This document shows positions 34,270-49,534 of a DNA stretch of 64,000 nt, piece after piece. The stretch comes from Takakia lepidozioides (lineage: Eukaryota > Plantae > Bryophyta), in assembly GCA_030704615.1 (NCBI GenBank), contig CM060732.1:27590001-27654000 (forward strand). The letters are read 5' to 3'. The notes under the pieces are model-generated. The model did not search any database and was not told the origin of the DNA. It worked only from the letters and a program-made list of their open reading frames with translations. A program made the translations under genes and the position numbers. Every line of letters starts with the position of its first letter. Position 1 is the first letter of the stretch.

Positions 34270-35655
34270 AGTGTATCATGGGGGTGCTTCCTATTTGTAT
34301 TCCTTCTTGCATTCATGTTAGCAAGTTACCTCACTGTGTATGTTTAAGTATCAGATTGCTTCTGCAATCTACAATATTCCATCTACTTAACCATTCATTC
34401 CACAGCTTCACTCTGGTCTCTCTACACAGTGTGAGTATGAAATCTGTATCAGATTAATATCTATCAAGTATCAGGCTGAAGCCATGGTGTCTCTAATCTG
34501 CTCTACAGTGCATCTCTACAACTTCCATGAATCAAACATCATCTCGTCGTATGTGTAATCTCCATCCCTGTGCTCCAAGATCGTGCTCTCCGCTTGATCT
34601 TCTCCCGTGATGTCCAAGACGTGATGCAAGAAGTGACCCCCTCCATGTCGCTACTCTGCCTATTCTTCATGCAAGCTGTTCTAACCGCCTAACTAATTAA
34701 TTGTCATCCAAAACAGAACACACGATCCCTCCGCAGATGTCGTTCCCGCACTGTCGTTCCCTGCCAATGATATCCGTTCTATGTGAATGCTGTGACGGGC
34801 TGTGCTAAGCTGTGTCAGGCTGTGACTGTGCTGAGCTGTGACTAGCTGTGTCGGGCTGTGATAGATTGTGATAGGCTTGAGGCCTTGTTAATCACAGAAA
34901 GCTCATTCTCTCGTACTATGATTGTTTGCTGCAATTCAAATATGTACTTGTCCTTCTGGGCATCGACCTGATGATACTGTTGAAATGTATCCTCATTGCG
35001 ACAGATAATAGCCTTTATGTCAGCAATGAGTTTCCCCTGCTTCATTGACTCATTCTCTGCCATTAAACATCCATCAGCTTGGTTCTTAATTTCTAGTGCA
35101 GTCAGCTCCAGATTAGTCGTTAGTGTGACATACTATATGTCGCGGCCCTTTGCCTTGAGGGCAGGGGGTCGGGACACATGAGGGGCTGCCCCTGTGGTGG
35201 GGGCAGCGGCAGCAATAGGTATGGGGGGCTGAAGCACCCTTGAGTGCCCAAGGCACTCAAGGAGGCGGAGGCGCTCACTAGGTGGAGCCCCGCACACCGG
35301 GTTGCGGTGGGGGTGGCTCCACAAGGGGTGGTGGTAGCTTAGCGGGACTTAGTGGGGGTGGCATAGGACTCACCATGGGGGCGGAGACCTCGTGGTGGGA
35401 GTCGTGGGGAGTCTTGGGACTCATCACGGTCCATAGGGGCCATGGTGAGTACAAGAGAGTTTTTGTTCCTGAGGAGCAGCTGATGGCTACTTATTTACAT
35501 GCCAAGACTCTAATTTTTCAGTCTTCTTTGCAGGGGGTGCAGGAGATGCCAGTGGTAGAAGGGCCAGTGGTACCAATACCACAGCAGGTGCCTGTGCAGG
35601 TAGCTGACCCTATTGCTACTACAGCCAAACCACAGCCAGAAGTATGGGGGGATGT
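34270..35655. mobile_element. Nested LTR and ORF fragments of the second Gypsy family
   Basis: LTR-like 34270-34870 (minus), ORF pieces 34880-35120 (minus) and 35450-35655 (plus, RVFVPEEQLMATYL). Confidence 0.7.
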
Positions 35656-38600
35656 TGTCGAACGGCTTTTACTCACCCATCCCTTCGCTATCCGAGGTGG
35701 AAACCCCAAGATAGAAGAGTTGGATATCTCTAAGCACTCAACCCGCTCAGTACAATCAGTCATGACCTGCAGCTAGTGAATCATGGTTGTGCTTCCCATT
35801 TGTATTCCTTCTTGTCCTCATGTTATCAATTTACCTTATCTGATACTGAAGCATCAGATTGCTTCAGTATCTTCTTAATTCCAATTAATCATGCATTCAT
35901 TTCACAGCTTCACTCATGTCTCTCTACACAGTGTGCTTGTATCGAATAAGTATCAGATTACGATTTATCAGGTACTAGGCCAATGTCAAAGTGACTCTAA
36001 TCCGCCCTACAGTATCACTACAGCTCTGCATGAAATAAACCTACATCAAGTCATCATCTCCTCTTCTGTGTAATCATCATCCCTGAGCACCAAGATCGTG
36101 CCCTCCGTCTGACCTTCTCCCCTGATGTATAAGAAGTGATCCAAGAAGTGATCCCCCAGAAGTCCCCGCTCTTCGCTTTATCTACCTACAAGCTGTTCTA
36201 ACCGCCTTGCTAACTAACCGTCACCCCTGAAGTAACATATTCCCTCTGCAGATGTTGTTCCCACACAGTAGTTCCATGTCCATGTTAACCGTTCCCCCTG
36301 TACTGTGACAACTGTGCAAAACTGCGTTGGGCTGTGTGAAGCTGTGACGGGCAGTGACTGGCTGTGATTGGCTATGACGGACTGTGACGGAATGTGACAA
36401 CTGTGACGGGCTGTGATGGCTATGCCGGGTTGTGACTGGCTGTGTCGGCTGTGTCGGGCTGTGTAAAGTTGTGGCGGGTTGTGTCAGCTGTGTCTGGCTG
36501 TGACGGGCTGTGTCAGGCTGTGTAACCCTCCCCTAAAGTCCGCTGCTGTCACCCCTAAGGCTCCTGTTGGTCTCAGTCTATGTAAAAAATAAGGGTACCC
36601 CACAGAACCTGTAAAAGCGTTAAAGTCCCAAGCAGCCCTCTAACATTTACCCCTCCCCCTCTCAAAAAACCGTGTCCTCACGGTTTACTGTTTAGGATTA
36701 GCAAACCTTTGTGATCGAACACCCTTCTGACGGTGAGAGTCTTGTGAAGGACTCCGTGTGCAAGCCCGAGTCTTGTCACTGGTTGACGGAGATGATTGAG
36801 CACTACCCGGAAATGTCTGACCTTCCTTTGGTTGATATCGAGGTAATCTCTTAGGCATATGAGACCCTCGTCGTTTCTTCTCTGCCATCTGAATTGCATA
36901 GTCCTCTGCCATGTCAAAAGAGTGCGCTGAAGAAACAGTAGTATCAGAATCCTCGTCACCCCTCAGGTGTTTTAACGGTCGAACTCTAACTGGAATCCTC
37001 TGGGGCATATAATGTGGTCCCACCATGTCTGGAAGTTTAAACTGTACAACTTGCTGTAAGCGCTTAATGGCAAAATTGGTGAACACTCTGAACTCCTTGT
37101 CCGTAAAGGTGAGTGGTGTGCCAATGACTTGGGAACAGTGCAAGTATATCCATGCCTCATGTCCCTTAAAGAAAATATCATCAGGGCCGAATTTCTGTGT
37201 TGTCAAATTGTTCCAGGCCGAATGAAACCATGAATGAAGTTGGGAATCCTTTTGCATCATAACTTTTGCTTCATATAGGTACATAGGAGATGGCACTGAA
37301 GGTAAGACCCAATGATCCCCACTGGAATAACTCAGAAATCGTGATTGCATCTTCTGCTGCTCAATGAGATAACGTGCCAGAAAACAAGCAGCATAGTATA
37401 ATCCATAACCCATGACAATACTTGCTACCTCCTTGGTCTTGGTATAAATGTACCCATGTACAACTTGGAAGGCAATTAATTCCTTCAACATGGTACTTGC
37501 TTCATACCATTAGCTCGCAAAGTGATGATCCTCAATGGGTCGATTGTTCGGAAGAACCTTAGTCCTAGTTGCCACTGGCAGCCAAATGCGCATGATCTGG
37601 TAATAATGTGCCAACGACTGCGGAGGACTAAATTCCTTCCAAGCCAAATCCAACACAATGGGAATTTGGTTGAAGGGCATAATCATAGCCCGACTGTACT
37701 CTCGTAGCAGGAGTCTTAGGTGGGTTAAAAGCAGCATCCCCCCATACCTCAGGCTGTGGTGTGGCTGTAGTAACAACAGGGTCCGCTACCTGCACAGTCA
37801 CTTGTTGTGGTATTGGTAGGACTGGCCCTTCTACCACTGGCATCTCCTGCACCCCTTGCGAAGAAGACTGAAAAATGAGAGTTTTGGCCTGTAAATAAGT
37901 AGCCATCAGCTGCTCCTCAGGTACAAAGACTCTCTTATCAATATTGGAAGTCAGGTCATCCACCTGAGTCTGCAGGCCTTCTACATCCTCTTGTAGCTCC
38001 GCTATCCTACTATAGACATTATCTATAGTAGTTGTGGCAATGTTCTGCACCTGCAGTCTGAGCTCATTCATCTCGCCCTGGGTGAGCTTCCGTGGTGCTT
38101 TGCCTTCCACTGGCCCTTGTGCTAACTAGACCTGCATAAGGTGGTTATCCACCAAGTTATGTGTGGCACCCCTGAGAGTCTGCTCCTCTGTGAGCCTGTA
38201 CACATTTATCTACTGCTGTAAAGCCTCCATGCGCTTTGCATGAGATTCAACCAAACTTGCATAGGCAGCAGCCAGATTATTGGCTTCCTTCCAAGCCTTG
38301 TTAGCCACAGAGAGTTCATTTCTATTTACCATGACCGTTTGCTGCAATTCCAGGATGTACCTCTCTTGGTCAGCTTCAACCTGTCTGTATTGCTTGAAAG
38401 TATTCTCATTACGACAGATTGTATTCTTCATATCAACAATGAGTTTCGTCTGCTCGACATTCTCTGCTTCTGCCGTCATACACCTCTCCCCTTGTCTGTT
38501 AACTTCTAATGCAGTTTGCTCAGAGTAGTTGTGAGTGTAGCACATTGATGGTCATCCTCTCATGTACTGCCTGCAACTTTGTATGTAGTGCATTCACTTC

Positions 38601-40482
38601 TTGCATCTTGCCCTCATGCTTCACCTGCATTTGGTATAACTGTTGTTTATGTGCTTCGTGCAACTAGTCCTGCGCGAGACCTGCTTCAATCAAATGTTCC
38701 TTGGCCAACTGCAAAACAGCTTTTGTATCCTCTAACTCTTGCTGTAACTTGAGATTGATCTCCTCATCGACCTTGTTTGCACACTCAGTGGCAAAGTCAA
38801 GCCTCAAACTCCTACTGAGTTCTCCTCAAAGCTGCCAATTGGGTAGATAGAACATGGGATTTCACATAAGTGCCCAACAAATTAAGTGTCTGCTTATGGG
38901 AACTCATAAGCATGGCCTGCTGAGGGTTATCATGGGAGCTTGCTGCTGGTTCTCCCCTGATCCTCAATAGTGTGATGCCTCACAAACCATTCAAAGCCAT
39001 TGCTTTCCCCAGTTTTCTTCCTGAACCACCCTATCCGCCACAGATGCTTGCAGTTTAGTTCTTGATCTTCTACCCCTGATACCTCCGTCACAGGTGTGGG
39101 TATTACATGCACAGCAGGGTTTCCCCTAGACAACCGCTGCTTGCACACCTCTGGAATCACTGTTTCCCTTACCAAGCCAGAATTTCATAGAGAAGGCCCT
39201 TCTCAATTTCGGCCACGGCCTGCTCTGTTGTAGTGGGAATGTCCAACTTTCTCCTTCCAGAGCAATTGGGGGTGATGCCACAGCACATACTAACTGTGGA
39301 AACCTCTAAAACAACAGAGTCAATTGGTTGTGGTGGCTTGTGGTATCGAAGTGACTTCCTCTTCCCTCTCTGAAGGCCCTGCTTCCAATAATAGCAGCTC
39401 TCTGTGCTGCTGTGCCCCACTGGCACAGAGCTTGGGAACATTATCGTGCGGTTTCCGTGAAGCCAGTGGATCCGCCACTACAGTCAGTCCCCGCCTCTGT
39501 CTCTTAGACTGGTGTTGCGATTGCCAGTCACCCTCACTGTGTGTGAAGGCTTGCTCTCATAATTGCAGTGGTTTCTGCCTCAAACACTCCCATTCTCCTT
39601 ATGCTCCCGAGTATCAAGTATGCAAGAATCAAGAATTATTTGGCCATGACTGGACCGGACACAATGATCGGAGGAGACTTAGCAGCAGTGCCCTGTAACC
39701 TCTTCATTTGTCCACCAATCGTTGTACATTAACTCCGCCCAAGCACATTTTCTCTCCCCTCAAAGCTTTCAGGATCTCTCGTGAATGACCTGCTCAAATA
39801 CTGTTGGTTCTATTTCGTGGCAAACAGAACATTCAAGATTTGGCCAACTTCCCCTAAGCCCTGGGTATCTCGGCTTTGGTACAAGCAAAACCTTGAGTTT
39901 TAAAGAAACTCCCTTCTTGGAACAAATTCCCTATCTGCAATCTTGCCCTGTGCTCATCCACATCCACATGTCCTGATGGCAAATCAAACAACTGCTGCAG
40001 GTACTGGGGAGTAATTTCTATATCTACTACCCTCACCTGAGTGACTCCTGTCCAAGGCTCAAAGTTCTGAAGAAATTGTATCATGAACTGCCGATGATGC
40101 AAGGACCAGTCCTTGCGTAGCAATCCCTCCACTCACAGCTCCTTCAGTAGCTGCACCGCTTGTGGTGTAGCAATCGTTTGCTTCTGTAAGATTGTGGTGT
40201 TCTTCACCCTGATATCCTCCATTCCTCTCACTTCTTCATTCTAGACAAACAGAAAGGTTTTGTGGCAACAATGAAGAAGAAACGTCTGCAGGGCACAAAG
40301 CATAAAAGTATGGTTGGCACAGAATGAAATGGGTAAGTGCTTGTAAGCCTGTGGGCTTGCAAGTATCGATTTAGAGAAAAGGTACTCTCCGTTCGTTCAT
40401 CCTTGTGCGAGTGTGTAGTCTGTTATTTCCGCCATAGCTTCAAAGCTATAGCTTTGATTGTCTCTCCCGTCGAGACGCCCGT
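35656..40482 (-). mobile_element. 5'-truncated copy of the second Gypsy family (extra 3' ORFs, PPT, 3' LTR 35656-36645)
   Basis: Homologous to 50240-55049; PPT complement CCCCTCCCCCTC near 36650; LTR TGTTAGAGG...TTCGACA. Confidence 0.85.
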
Positions 40483-41870
40483 GAAGACCTCTCAAATTGC
40501 TGGGTCATGTTCGACCACATCCGGCGAATTACCAACCACGATTGGGTGACAAATGGGGGCACATGTATACGACCCACATTGCAGAAAGTTGATGACCATT
40601 GCTATCTGCGAAATGAAAGGAGAAGACAAAGATTCGGAGTTAAGTTTGAATATGTGGCGTGGAATTAATGAGCACATGGCGAGAGCGAAGTTGCCCCCCC
40701 CGATATTTTAGGGGGCTTCATGGCTGACAATGCCCAGGCAAACTGGCTGCAGTTGGCGAGGGTATATGGGGACGACCCAAAGGACTCCAATAGAAGGTTA
40801 AAGAGAGATTGTGCGGGTTCCACTTCATGCAGAGTTTGATGCAAAACACGAAAAGGTTCGTGGCGTCACGCCACCGGCAGGATCATATCAGTATGTGCCT
40901 TGCGTGGAAAAATGTGAATTCCATCGACGAGGCGGAGACCGAGTTTGCAACCATACGCGCCTGGTGGGTCTTCTTCAAGGGCAGTGGATGTGAAAGATCA
41001 GCAGAACTGCAAACGTGGCTTGCATGGTGGCACTATAGATTCCGCCAGTTTGGAGAATACATGAGACAGGTAAACATTTCTGTACTTGACAATTGTTCTG
41101 TTTTGTGCTTGGACATTCTCCACAAATGAGTCGACCATTTTTAATTTCCTTCAACACGACATGAGCTTGGAGGGTGACACGGATATGCCGATGACGAACA
41201 TGGCCGAATCGGTGCCCTCTTCGGCGTGCTCCTCTGCGAGCACATCTCGTTGACATGTTGACAGCAACAACAGAAGATATTGTGAGGGCCATCATGCAAC
41301 AATCTCGTTACTACCAGTTTCTGGGAGGAAAGCAATGGGGTATCGGACCAGACAGGCAGGAGGTGCTGATGAGGCGGCGCATCGTTCGACCCGATCCCAA
41401 AAAATGGACTGCTGCATTGCTTGAAACAATAAGGTCAACGCCGTTACACAGTCGGGGGAACTGCCTGGAGGGCGATGTCCGCAGCCGGCCGGTTGAAGAG
41501 AAGAATTGAGGACATGCCCAGAAGGCGACGGGGATTCATGGAGATCAGATATGAACATCCGCACTCAACCCTCGGGGACGCAACGATGTTGCGTCCCACG
41601 CCTACTCCCAGCAGGACTCGTTACCCCCTCTACTGCCAGCATCCATGGAATCGCTGCAAGACTCGGGACACCATGCCGATGATGAGCATGTTTGCTCCTA
41701 TTTTCGTTACCATACAGCATTTCCAATCGTGGAGCAAGATGTGTCGGGCTCCCTCGCAGGGGAGAATTGCACGGACCCGTCCGACATTTCGTTGCAAATG
41801 TTGTGCTGTTCGTTGTCGACACCACCAGAGATGCAATGGGATGAATTCGGAGGAGCCGCAGGGCGGTGTG
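40483..41870 (+). pseudogene. Mutator-like (MULE) DDE transposase, core region
   Basis: NCWVMFDH..WVTMGAHVYDP..TIAICEM..ED, FMADNAQANW, CGFHFMQS (CxxH), WLAWWHYR; frameshifts. Confidence 0.7.
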
Positions 41871-42850
41871 TGTTAGAGGACGTAGGGGACTTAGACACTT
41901 ATACGGGATCTGTAGGGTACCCTTAATTTTGCACAGAATGAGACCAACAAGAGCCTTAGGGGTGGGACAGCAGGCACTGTAGAGGGGGGTTACACAGTCG
42001 TCACAGCAGACACAGCCAACACAGCCCGTCACAGTCGTCACAGCCCACACAGCCAACAAAGCCCGTCACAGTCGTCACAAACCACACAGCCAATCACAAG
42101 CCCGACCAGCCGACCACGCCAGTCACAGCCCGACACAGCCAAACCAGTCGCACAGCAGTCACAGCCGTCACAGTTTCACACAGCCAGTCCAAAGCTTGAC
42201 ACCGCGTGGTCACGATCATAGGGAACGAAGAGTAGGACAGGAAACGACTGTGGGAACAACACCTGCGAAGGGAACATGTGTTAGTTCACAGACACGGTTA
42301 GTGAGGAGGGAAACGGTTGGAACCGCGGAAGGAGGAAGATAAAGGGGGAAAAACGGGTGATTGAAGGACATTCATTCGGAGGAGGACTTCTAGTCAGGCT
42401 GGAGCGGAGATCGAAGCAGAGGATGGAGAGGCACGAGAAGGAGAAAAGAGGATTAGTAGATGCTTGTATATGCAAAGCTAGTGTGTGTATGATATGAGGA
42501 GCAGATTAGAGACATAATGGCTTCGGCCTGATACTGATAAATCATACTCTGATACTTATACGAGTACAATCACACTGTGTTGTGAGACGATCTGAGTGAA
42601 GCTGTGGATTGAATGGATGAGTGAAGGAAAATGATAGATTGATGAAGCAAACTGATACTTAATTATCAATGGTAAGGTAGCTAAGATGAATGCGGAAAGG
42701 GAACAAAAATAGAAACACCCCCATGATACACTAGCTGTAGGTCATGACTGATTGTTCTGCGCGGGCTGAGTACTTAGAGATTTCCAACTCTTCTATCTTG
42801 GAGTTCCGCCTCGGATAGCGAAGGGATGGGTGAGTAAAAGCCGCGCGACA
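41871..42850 (+). repeat. 5' LTR
   Basis: Direct repeat of 54084-55049. Confidence 0.92.
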
Positions 42851-44279
42851 TTTGGCGACCATACTGGGGAACTGGGACATGAACAACCAGATGTGACAGG
42901 CATCTGGTGGGATCATGGTGGTTGGACCATTAAAGATTTTGAAGTGAATCAAATTCCCTGGTGGAACGAAGGACGAAAGATTGTCCAACAATTCTTTCAA
43001 GGTTCTTGGAATTGCAAGACGGTTGTAAAGAAAAATTCTTTAAACGAGTGCATGATGCTGATCCAGAATGGGGTCTGGAGGAAAGGAGTGATAAAGATTT
43101 ATCAGGTAGCCTGTAGAGGAAGAGCACGTTGGTTACCAACATTGGTTTATGTGATAGCATTGCTATCCATTAAACGAGTAGTAGAGTTTGAAGGCTGGGA
43201 AAGAAGAAAGGTGAATGTTTATACTCATATGCATGAAGAGCTTGTACTGTAAAGAATTGGATTCCAAAGGTATTTTGTGGATCAACTCACACCAAGAACA
43301 GCTTTTCAGACTGTTTGCCATATGGTTATATGGTAACGGAGACTTCAAGTATAGCCAAGGGTTGCATTGAAGCTTGAAAGAAACCCAGGCATTACGAGAG
43401 ATATTACAGAAGAGAGTTTTGGTTATTGCACATTAAAAAGAATGAAAGAACATGGGACATGAGTGATGAAAGAGAAGCTAGACGACAGAGATATTCAGCA
43501 AAGAGAGAAAGCTATCTGAAAGCTAATTATCCATATCTTTGGGGAGAGAGGAATAGACATAGGGGAATCATCTGGACCTCTCACACCATCAAGATCAAAG
43601 AGTGCATCACCTATACCGGAAGAACTAGAGTTGGATGCCACTCCTTCTGTTTCTTTGCAAGAAAGGGATAAGGGAATTGGTACAGAAAGAAGATCAATCA
43701 CGAGGTGAAAGATTGAGGTACATCCTTGGATTAAAAGATTTGACAGAGAAATCTTTGATAAGAGTTGGCATGGAAACACCAAAAGCAGGAACTCCAGTTT
43801 CTGAAAGCAGAATGTGAAGAAGGAGAAGAGGATGTGGCAGAGCCAACGGAGAGGTCAGACTCTCCAACACCATATACAGTTTGAGTTACATGAGTGAAGA
43901 AGAAAACCAAGGGCAGAAACTTGGAGGATGAAAACAGAGAGAAGAAATTGGAAGAGGAAGAAATGAAGAAGAAGTAGGACCCAACAGCTGAGGTTGAGAC
44001 TACAACCAGGACATCCAACCCGTTGGACCTGGATCAATTGGAGCACTTGGATCACAGGCCAACGAAGGTGTCGGCTCAGGGGGATCAGGCGGGCTGCCTG
44101 GATCTGGCTCTGGGGGGACAGGGAGTGTGGGAAGTAGTGCAACTGAAGCTGGGAATACTGTGAATATCGTGGGGCCAGAAGCAAGGAGTGCTCAAGGGCC
44201 ACCACTTGGTGGAGATCACCACAAAAAAACAACAGGTCCAGAAGGACCAGCACCAGAAGGGTGCCAGCACCTGTCAGTG

Positions 44280-47200
44280 GTAGAAGGTAGGGCCACAGAT
44301 GGCGTTACAACCAACAGGGCAAAACCACCCTTTCCAATATATTCAGGGAAAAGGGGATCCCGATGTACACATTAGCCAATTGAGCACATGTGTATAGTGA
44401 ACAATGAGAATGGCGATGATGATGCCAAGATGAGACTGTTTCCTTGTTCACTTATCAAGAAAGCAAGTGAATGGTATGCAAGATTCCTGATAATCATTTC
44501 CAACCTGGAATGGCATTGAATACAGCATTCGAAATAGGTTCAGGACAAGTAAATGGAGGATGAGAGTGTATGGAAAAGTGACAACAGCTGACGCAGAAGA
44601 CGACGACGCATGAAACTGTTGAAGAGTATATGGAAGAAGATGGAGATTGATGATGTGACAAAGCTGGCTGTAGTAACGCGCCGGTTAACAAAACTTGGTT
44701 TGTGAGTGGACTCAAGACCAGAGTGCAAAAGACAAGTGGGGGTTAGGGTACCCCATAATTACAGTGGAGGAGGATTTGAAACTGCGAACGAATTGAGCAA
44801 TGGGAATGGGACACATTGGAGGAAGGGTGTATGGTGTGCAAAGTGCCAGAATGAAGGCCATACCACCACAGAATGCCACATGAAGGAGAAACACTGTACT
44901 ATCTGTAAAATGGATAACCATTCTACTGAGAATGTTACTACAACAGAAGCACGCTGCAAGAGAACCTAGGCAAGTAAGGGTGCATCAGGTGCAGCCCCAG
45001 CCAGAAAGAAACAATGATCAGGACCACTATGGTAGGTCTGGTGGTTATAACAATGGCATGGAAGGGAGAGGTAATTCAAGAGGGAATTACCAAGGAAATT
45101 CCAGAGGCAACTATCAGGGTAACCCAAGGGGGAATTACCAGCCCGGGAATCAGGATTATAGAAATAATCCAAGAAGAGACCAAGGGCGAGGACCCAATGG
45201 TGTGAAGAGCTATTTACTATTGTAATCAGCCAGGACATCGCAAGGCAGCCTGTTCATTCTGGATAAGACACCAGAATGAGATGAGAGCTCCTGTGAATGA
45301 GGGCCTAGTGGTGGCAGCTCACATGGTTAGGCCATGTGTTGTACCAGAAGTAAGTACAATGATAGTAACAAGAAGTAAAGCCAAACTAATACCTCCAGTA
45401 GAAGAGGAAGAAGATGAGACTGGAAGGGGCAATGATATGCCTGAAGATGAAGAGACTTGGAAAGATGAGAAGGAACTGCACAAGGAAGTGGCAGATACTA
45501 TAAGGGAAATGCAAAAGAGTGCTGATATTCCTGTGGCAGATTCCTCTGATTCGGATGGAGAAAAGAAGGGAGGAGGAAGGAAGGAAAAAAGAAGAGGCAG
45601 ACATGCAAAGTAATGAAGAGACTTTGGCTGAAGTAATATGTCAGCCCACCAAACAGAAATTACCATTTGGATCGCTATTAGCTGTGGCACCTTATTGTAG
45701 GCACAGGCTTGTATCAAGAAATCAATCAAATTGCCCTAGAGACAGGAAACACAGACCTGAACAGCATGTGACCAGTTATAATGTGAAGCCGGAAGCGGGC
45801 GAGAACCAGTCATGGACTTTGATGATTCTAGCCAGTAATCCAATTGAGAATTGGAAGCACAGAACTAACTGAATGTATGATAGATGGTGGTTCTGGAGTA
45901 AATATCATGACAGACCAATTAAGGAAGAAGCTTGGTCTAAGTTAACATGAAACCAGCCCCATTTACAGTAACAATGGCAGATCAAAGAAGTGTACAGCCA
46001 TTGGGATTAATAAGAGGAGTTAAGATACAGATACAGAAAATGATCTTTATGATCACTGTAACTGTATTAAAATGGATGAAGTCATGGAGGCTTACTCCTT
46101 ATTATTGGGACGCCGTGGCTGAAAACAGCCAGGGTATATTCCATGACTGGAATTCTCAGTTACTAACCGTGCATATGGGATACACGAATACAAATACACA
46201 AAGAAATCTAGTAGATTACCTGCTACAAGAAGACCTCGAGGAGTCAGAGAGTATTGACTGGAGAGGAGGACTGGATGAGGAGCAGGAAGCTACCCATTTG
46301 CTGCACACCCAGAGTGGGAGCAGGTTGCAGAGATGCGGCTGAAAGCCTAAGTTGTTTGAGAGGTATCTGCTGTGGGTAGTGCCAGCAACACCAAACAAGG
46401 AAGAAGGAAACCAGCATTTACCCATCACATTTCTATGAAGAAAGAGAAGGAGACATAGAAATCTAGAAGACCAGCCACTGTGAGCTTACAGGATAGTGGT
46501 GACTGGTTGGACAATCACAGCTGATGAGCAGGGGAGAGAAGTAAATGGTGGGAACAAAGAGGAACCGAGGATGGTGAAAGTAGGAGCTGATTTGGAGCAG
46601 GAATTCTTCGAAGAAGCTAAAAGCTTGTTCATCAAATACAGAGATGTATTTGCTTGGAGCTATGAGGATCTAAAAGGGATACCACCTGAAGTCTGTCAGC
46701 ATAAGATTGAACTGGAACCAGGGTCAGTACCAATCAAGAGGGAGGTATAGCATGAATCCCAATACGCACAGAGGTTGGAGAAGAGATAAAGAAGTTGGCT
46801 GAGGCTAAGTTTATATACCAATAGAGTATACAACTTGGTTGTCACCATTGTATAGTTCCCAAGAAGAATGGCAAACTAAGAGTATGTGTGAAACTATAAG
46901 AAGCTGAATGCTTGTACGAAGAAAGCTCCTTTCCCTTGCCGTTCACAGAAGCAGAGTATTAGACACTTGTGGCAGGGCCATGAGAGTTGTACTCATCATG
47001 GATGGCTTCAAGTGGTTATAATCAAGTGCAAGAGTGCAAGTGGCAGAAGAAGACCAGGGAAAACAGCTTTCATCACAGACTGGGGGGCTTATGATACAGA
47101 GTCATGCCCTTTGGACATTTGTAATGCACCAGCGACCTTTCAGAGAGTGATAAGTGAATCTTTTCATGAGTATCTGGATGATTTCATGCAGGTATCTTGG

Positions 47201-49420
47201 ATGATTTCAGTGTGTACAGCTCTAAGAGTGAGCACTTGCTAAATGGAGTTAGTTATGTTTGGCCAGATGCAGGATGAGAGGTCTGGGCTGAATCCAGAGA
47301 GAGTGTACTTTCTGTGTGACTCAGGTGGTGCTTTGGGACCCATTGTGTGTGAAGGGACTTCTTGTGGATCCCAGGAAGACAGAGTCATTAAAGTCTCTCC
47401 AACCACCAGTGAATGTTTAAGAGTTTAAGGAGATTCCTTGGGCAAACCAGTATTCACAGAAGATTTGTCAAAAAGGTATGCCACAACTAGCAGCACCATG
47501 AGCAAGCGTCGAAGAAAGATGAGATGCAGTGTTTGCCTGGACAGCCAGAAGATTTGTCAAAAGGTATGCACAAATAGCAGCACCATTGAGCAAGCTTCTG
47601 AAGAAAGATGCAGTGTTTGCCTGGACAGCTGAATGTCAACAGGCGTTTGAGGAACTTACACTGTCAGTAACAACTACACCTGTGCTGATTAACCCTCACT
47701 GGCATGTAGTATTTCATGTTCACTGCGATGCATCAGGAGAAGCGTTGGGAGCGGTGTTAGCCCAGAATGTTACAAGAAATATAGATTCACCTGTGTACTA
47801 TGCTAGCAGGTTGATGAACAGTGCTGAAAGGAACTATAGCACAACGGAAAGAGAAGCATTGGCAATGATCTATGCAGTGAAGAAATTCAGGCATTACCTG
47901 TTGGGCAAGAAAGTTTATGTTTATGTGGATCACCAGGCTCTGATATATCTGGTGAACAAACCTTTGATAAGTGGAAGGATAGCAAGGTGGTTAATAATCT
48001 TGCATGAGTTTGAGTTCGAGGTTATTTACAAGCCTGGCCGTTTGCATCTTGTGGCAGATCATTTGTCACGACTAACAACAGGAGAGCCCGCCACAGGAGT
48101 GGACGATCAGTTACCTGATGCGAGTTTATTTGTAATGGAGGTGCAAGGAAGTGCAGATGAATGGTTAGATTGGCAGTGGCCAATCAGATACTACCTTGCT
48201 CATGGTCAGTGCCCACCTAGTTATGGTAAGGAGCAGAGGAAGAGAATCGCTATCAAGCTTTACCTTATACTATGGTAGGAAGCAGAATGTATAAGTTAGG
48301 ACCAGATGGGGTACTAAAACGATGCTTGTACCACCATGAAGTAAATAAAGTTTGGGGAAGTTCATAAAGGAGTGGCTGGAGGTCATTTTGGAGAAGAGAC
48401 TACCAGTAGAAAGATACTACTCGCAGGATACTGGTGGCCTACTTTGTTCAAAGATGTACACGAGTATTGTCAGAAGTGTGATGAATGTCAGAGGCTAGGA
48501 CCTTTGCAGAGAACTGGAAGGATGGCTTTGCATCCTACAATGCCTACGGAACCATTTCAGAATGGGGACTAGACTTTGTTGGACCAATTAACCACCATCC
48601 AAGAATACACGAAACAGGTACATAATTACAGCCACTGATTATACTACAAAATGGGTGGAAGCTAAAGCTTTGAGGGACAACATAGCCAAGTCCACAGCAA
48701 CTGTACGAGAACATACTTACACGATTTGGATGTCCCTTAGAATTTATCAGTGATCAAGGAAGTCACTTCATGAATGAGACCATTGAGTTGTTGACTAAAG
48801 AGTTTATGATTGTGCATAGAAAGAGTACAACATATTACCCACAGGGTAATGGGCAGGCAGAGGCTACCAACAAAAATACTATGTACTATCTTGGCTAAGA
48901 TAGTCAATGCAAACAGAACGGATTGGGATACAAAGCTGCTGACAGCTTTGTGGTCATACAGGACTTCATATAAAGTCACCACTAAGTATACACCATTCCA
49001 ATTAGTTTATGGTATGGAAGCCTTACTTCCAGTGGAATTCCTGTTACCTACCATGAGAACGGAGTGGGGAAAAAGAATGGAATTGCAAGACTCCATCAAG
49101 GTCAGGAAACATGAATTATACCATGTGGAAGAAGTACGTGCTGATGCAGCTGATAATATGACCAGAATTCAGATGAAGCGAAAGGAACAGTTTGATGAAG
49201 GCAAGTAAAGACTTTTAAGACGGGGGATTTGGTTCTATGGTTGCAGAAGAAAGGAAAGATTCAAGCTTCTAAGCTTAAATCACCATGGAAAGGACCTTAT
49301 GTCATACAAAAGATGTATGATAACAACACCGCCATGTTACAAACCATTAACAAAGAAATGCTGGGAAGAGTCAATGCAAATAAGTTGAAGGGGTACAGTG
49401 GTATCCATGACAAACCCCTG
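44280..49420 (+). pseudogene. gag-pol (zinc knuckles, PR, RT, RNase H, INT), heavily frameshifted
   Basis: CAKCQNEGHTTTEC, IDGGSGVNI, CNAPATFQR, VHCDASG, YSTTEREALA, GHFG..CDEC, TPFQLVYG, WKGPY. Confidence 0.9.
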
Positions 49421-49534
49421 CAGCATGATTTGCATGTTGAACCGCAAGAGCAGTCACGGGCTGCACCAGTGTTACGAACGGAGTATGGAGCACTTGTCGC
49501 TAGCCAGCATATATGACCAGGGTGGGCAAAACAA

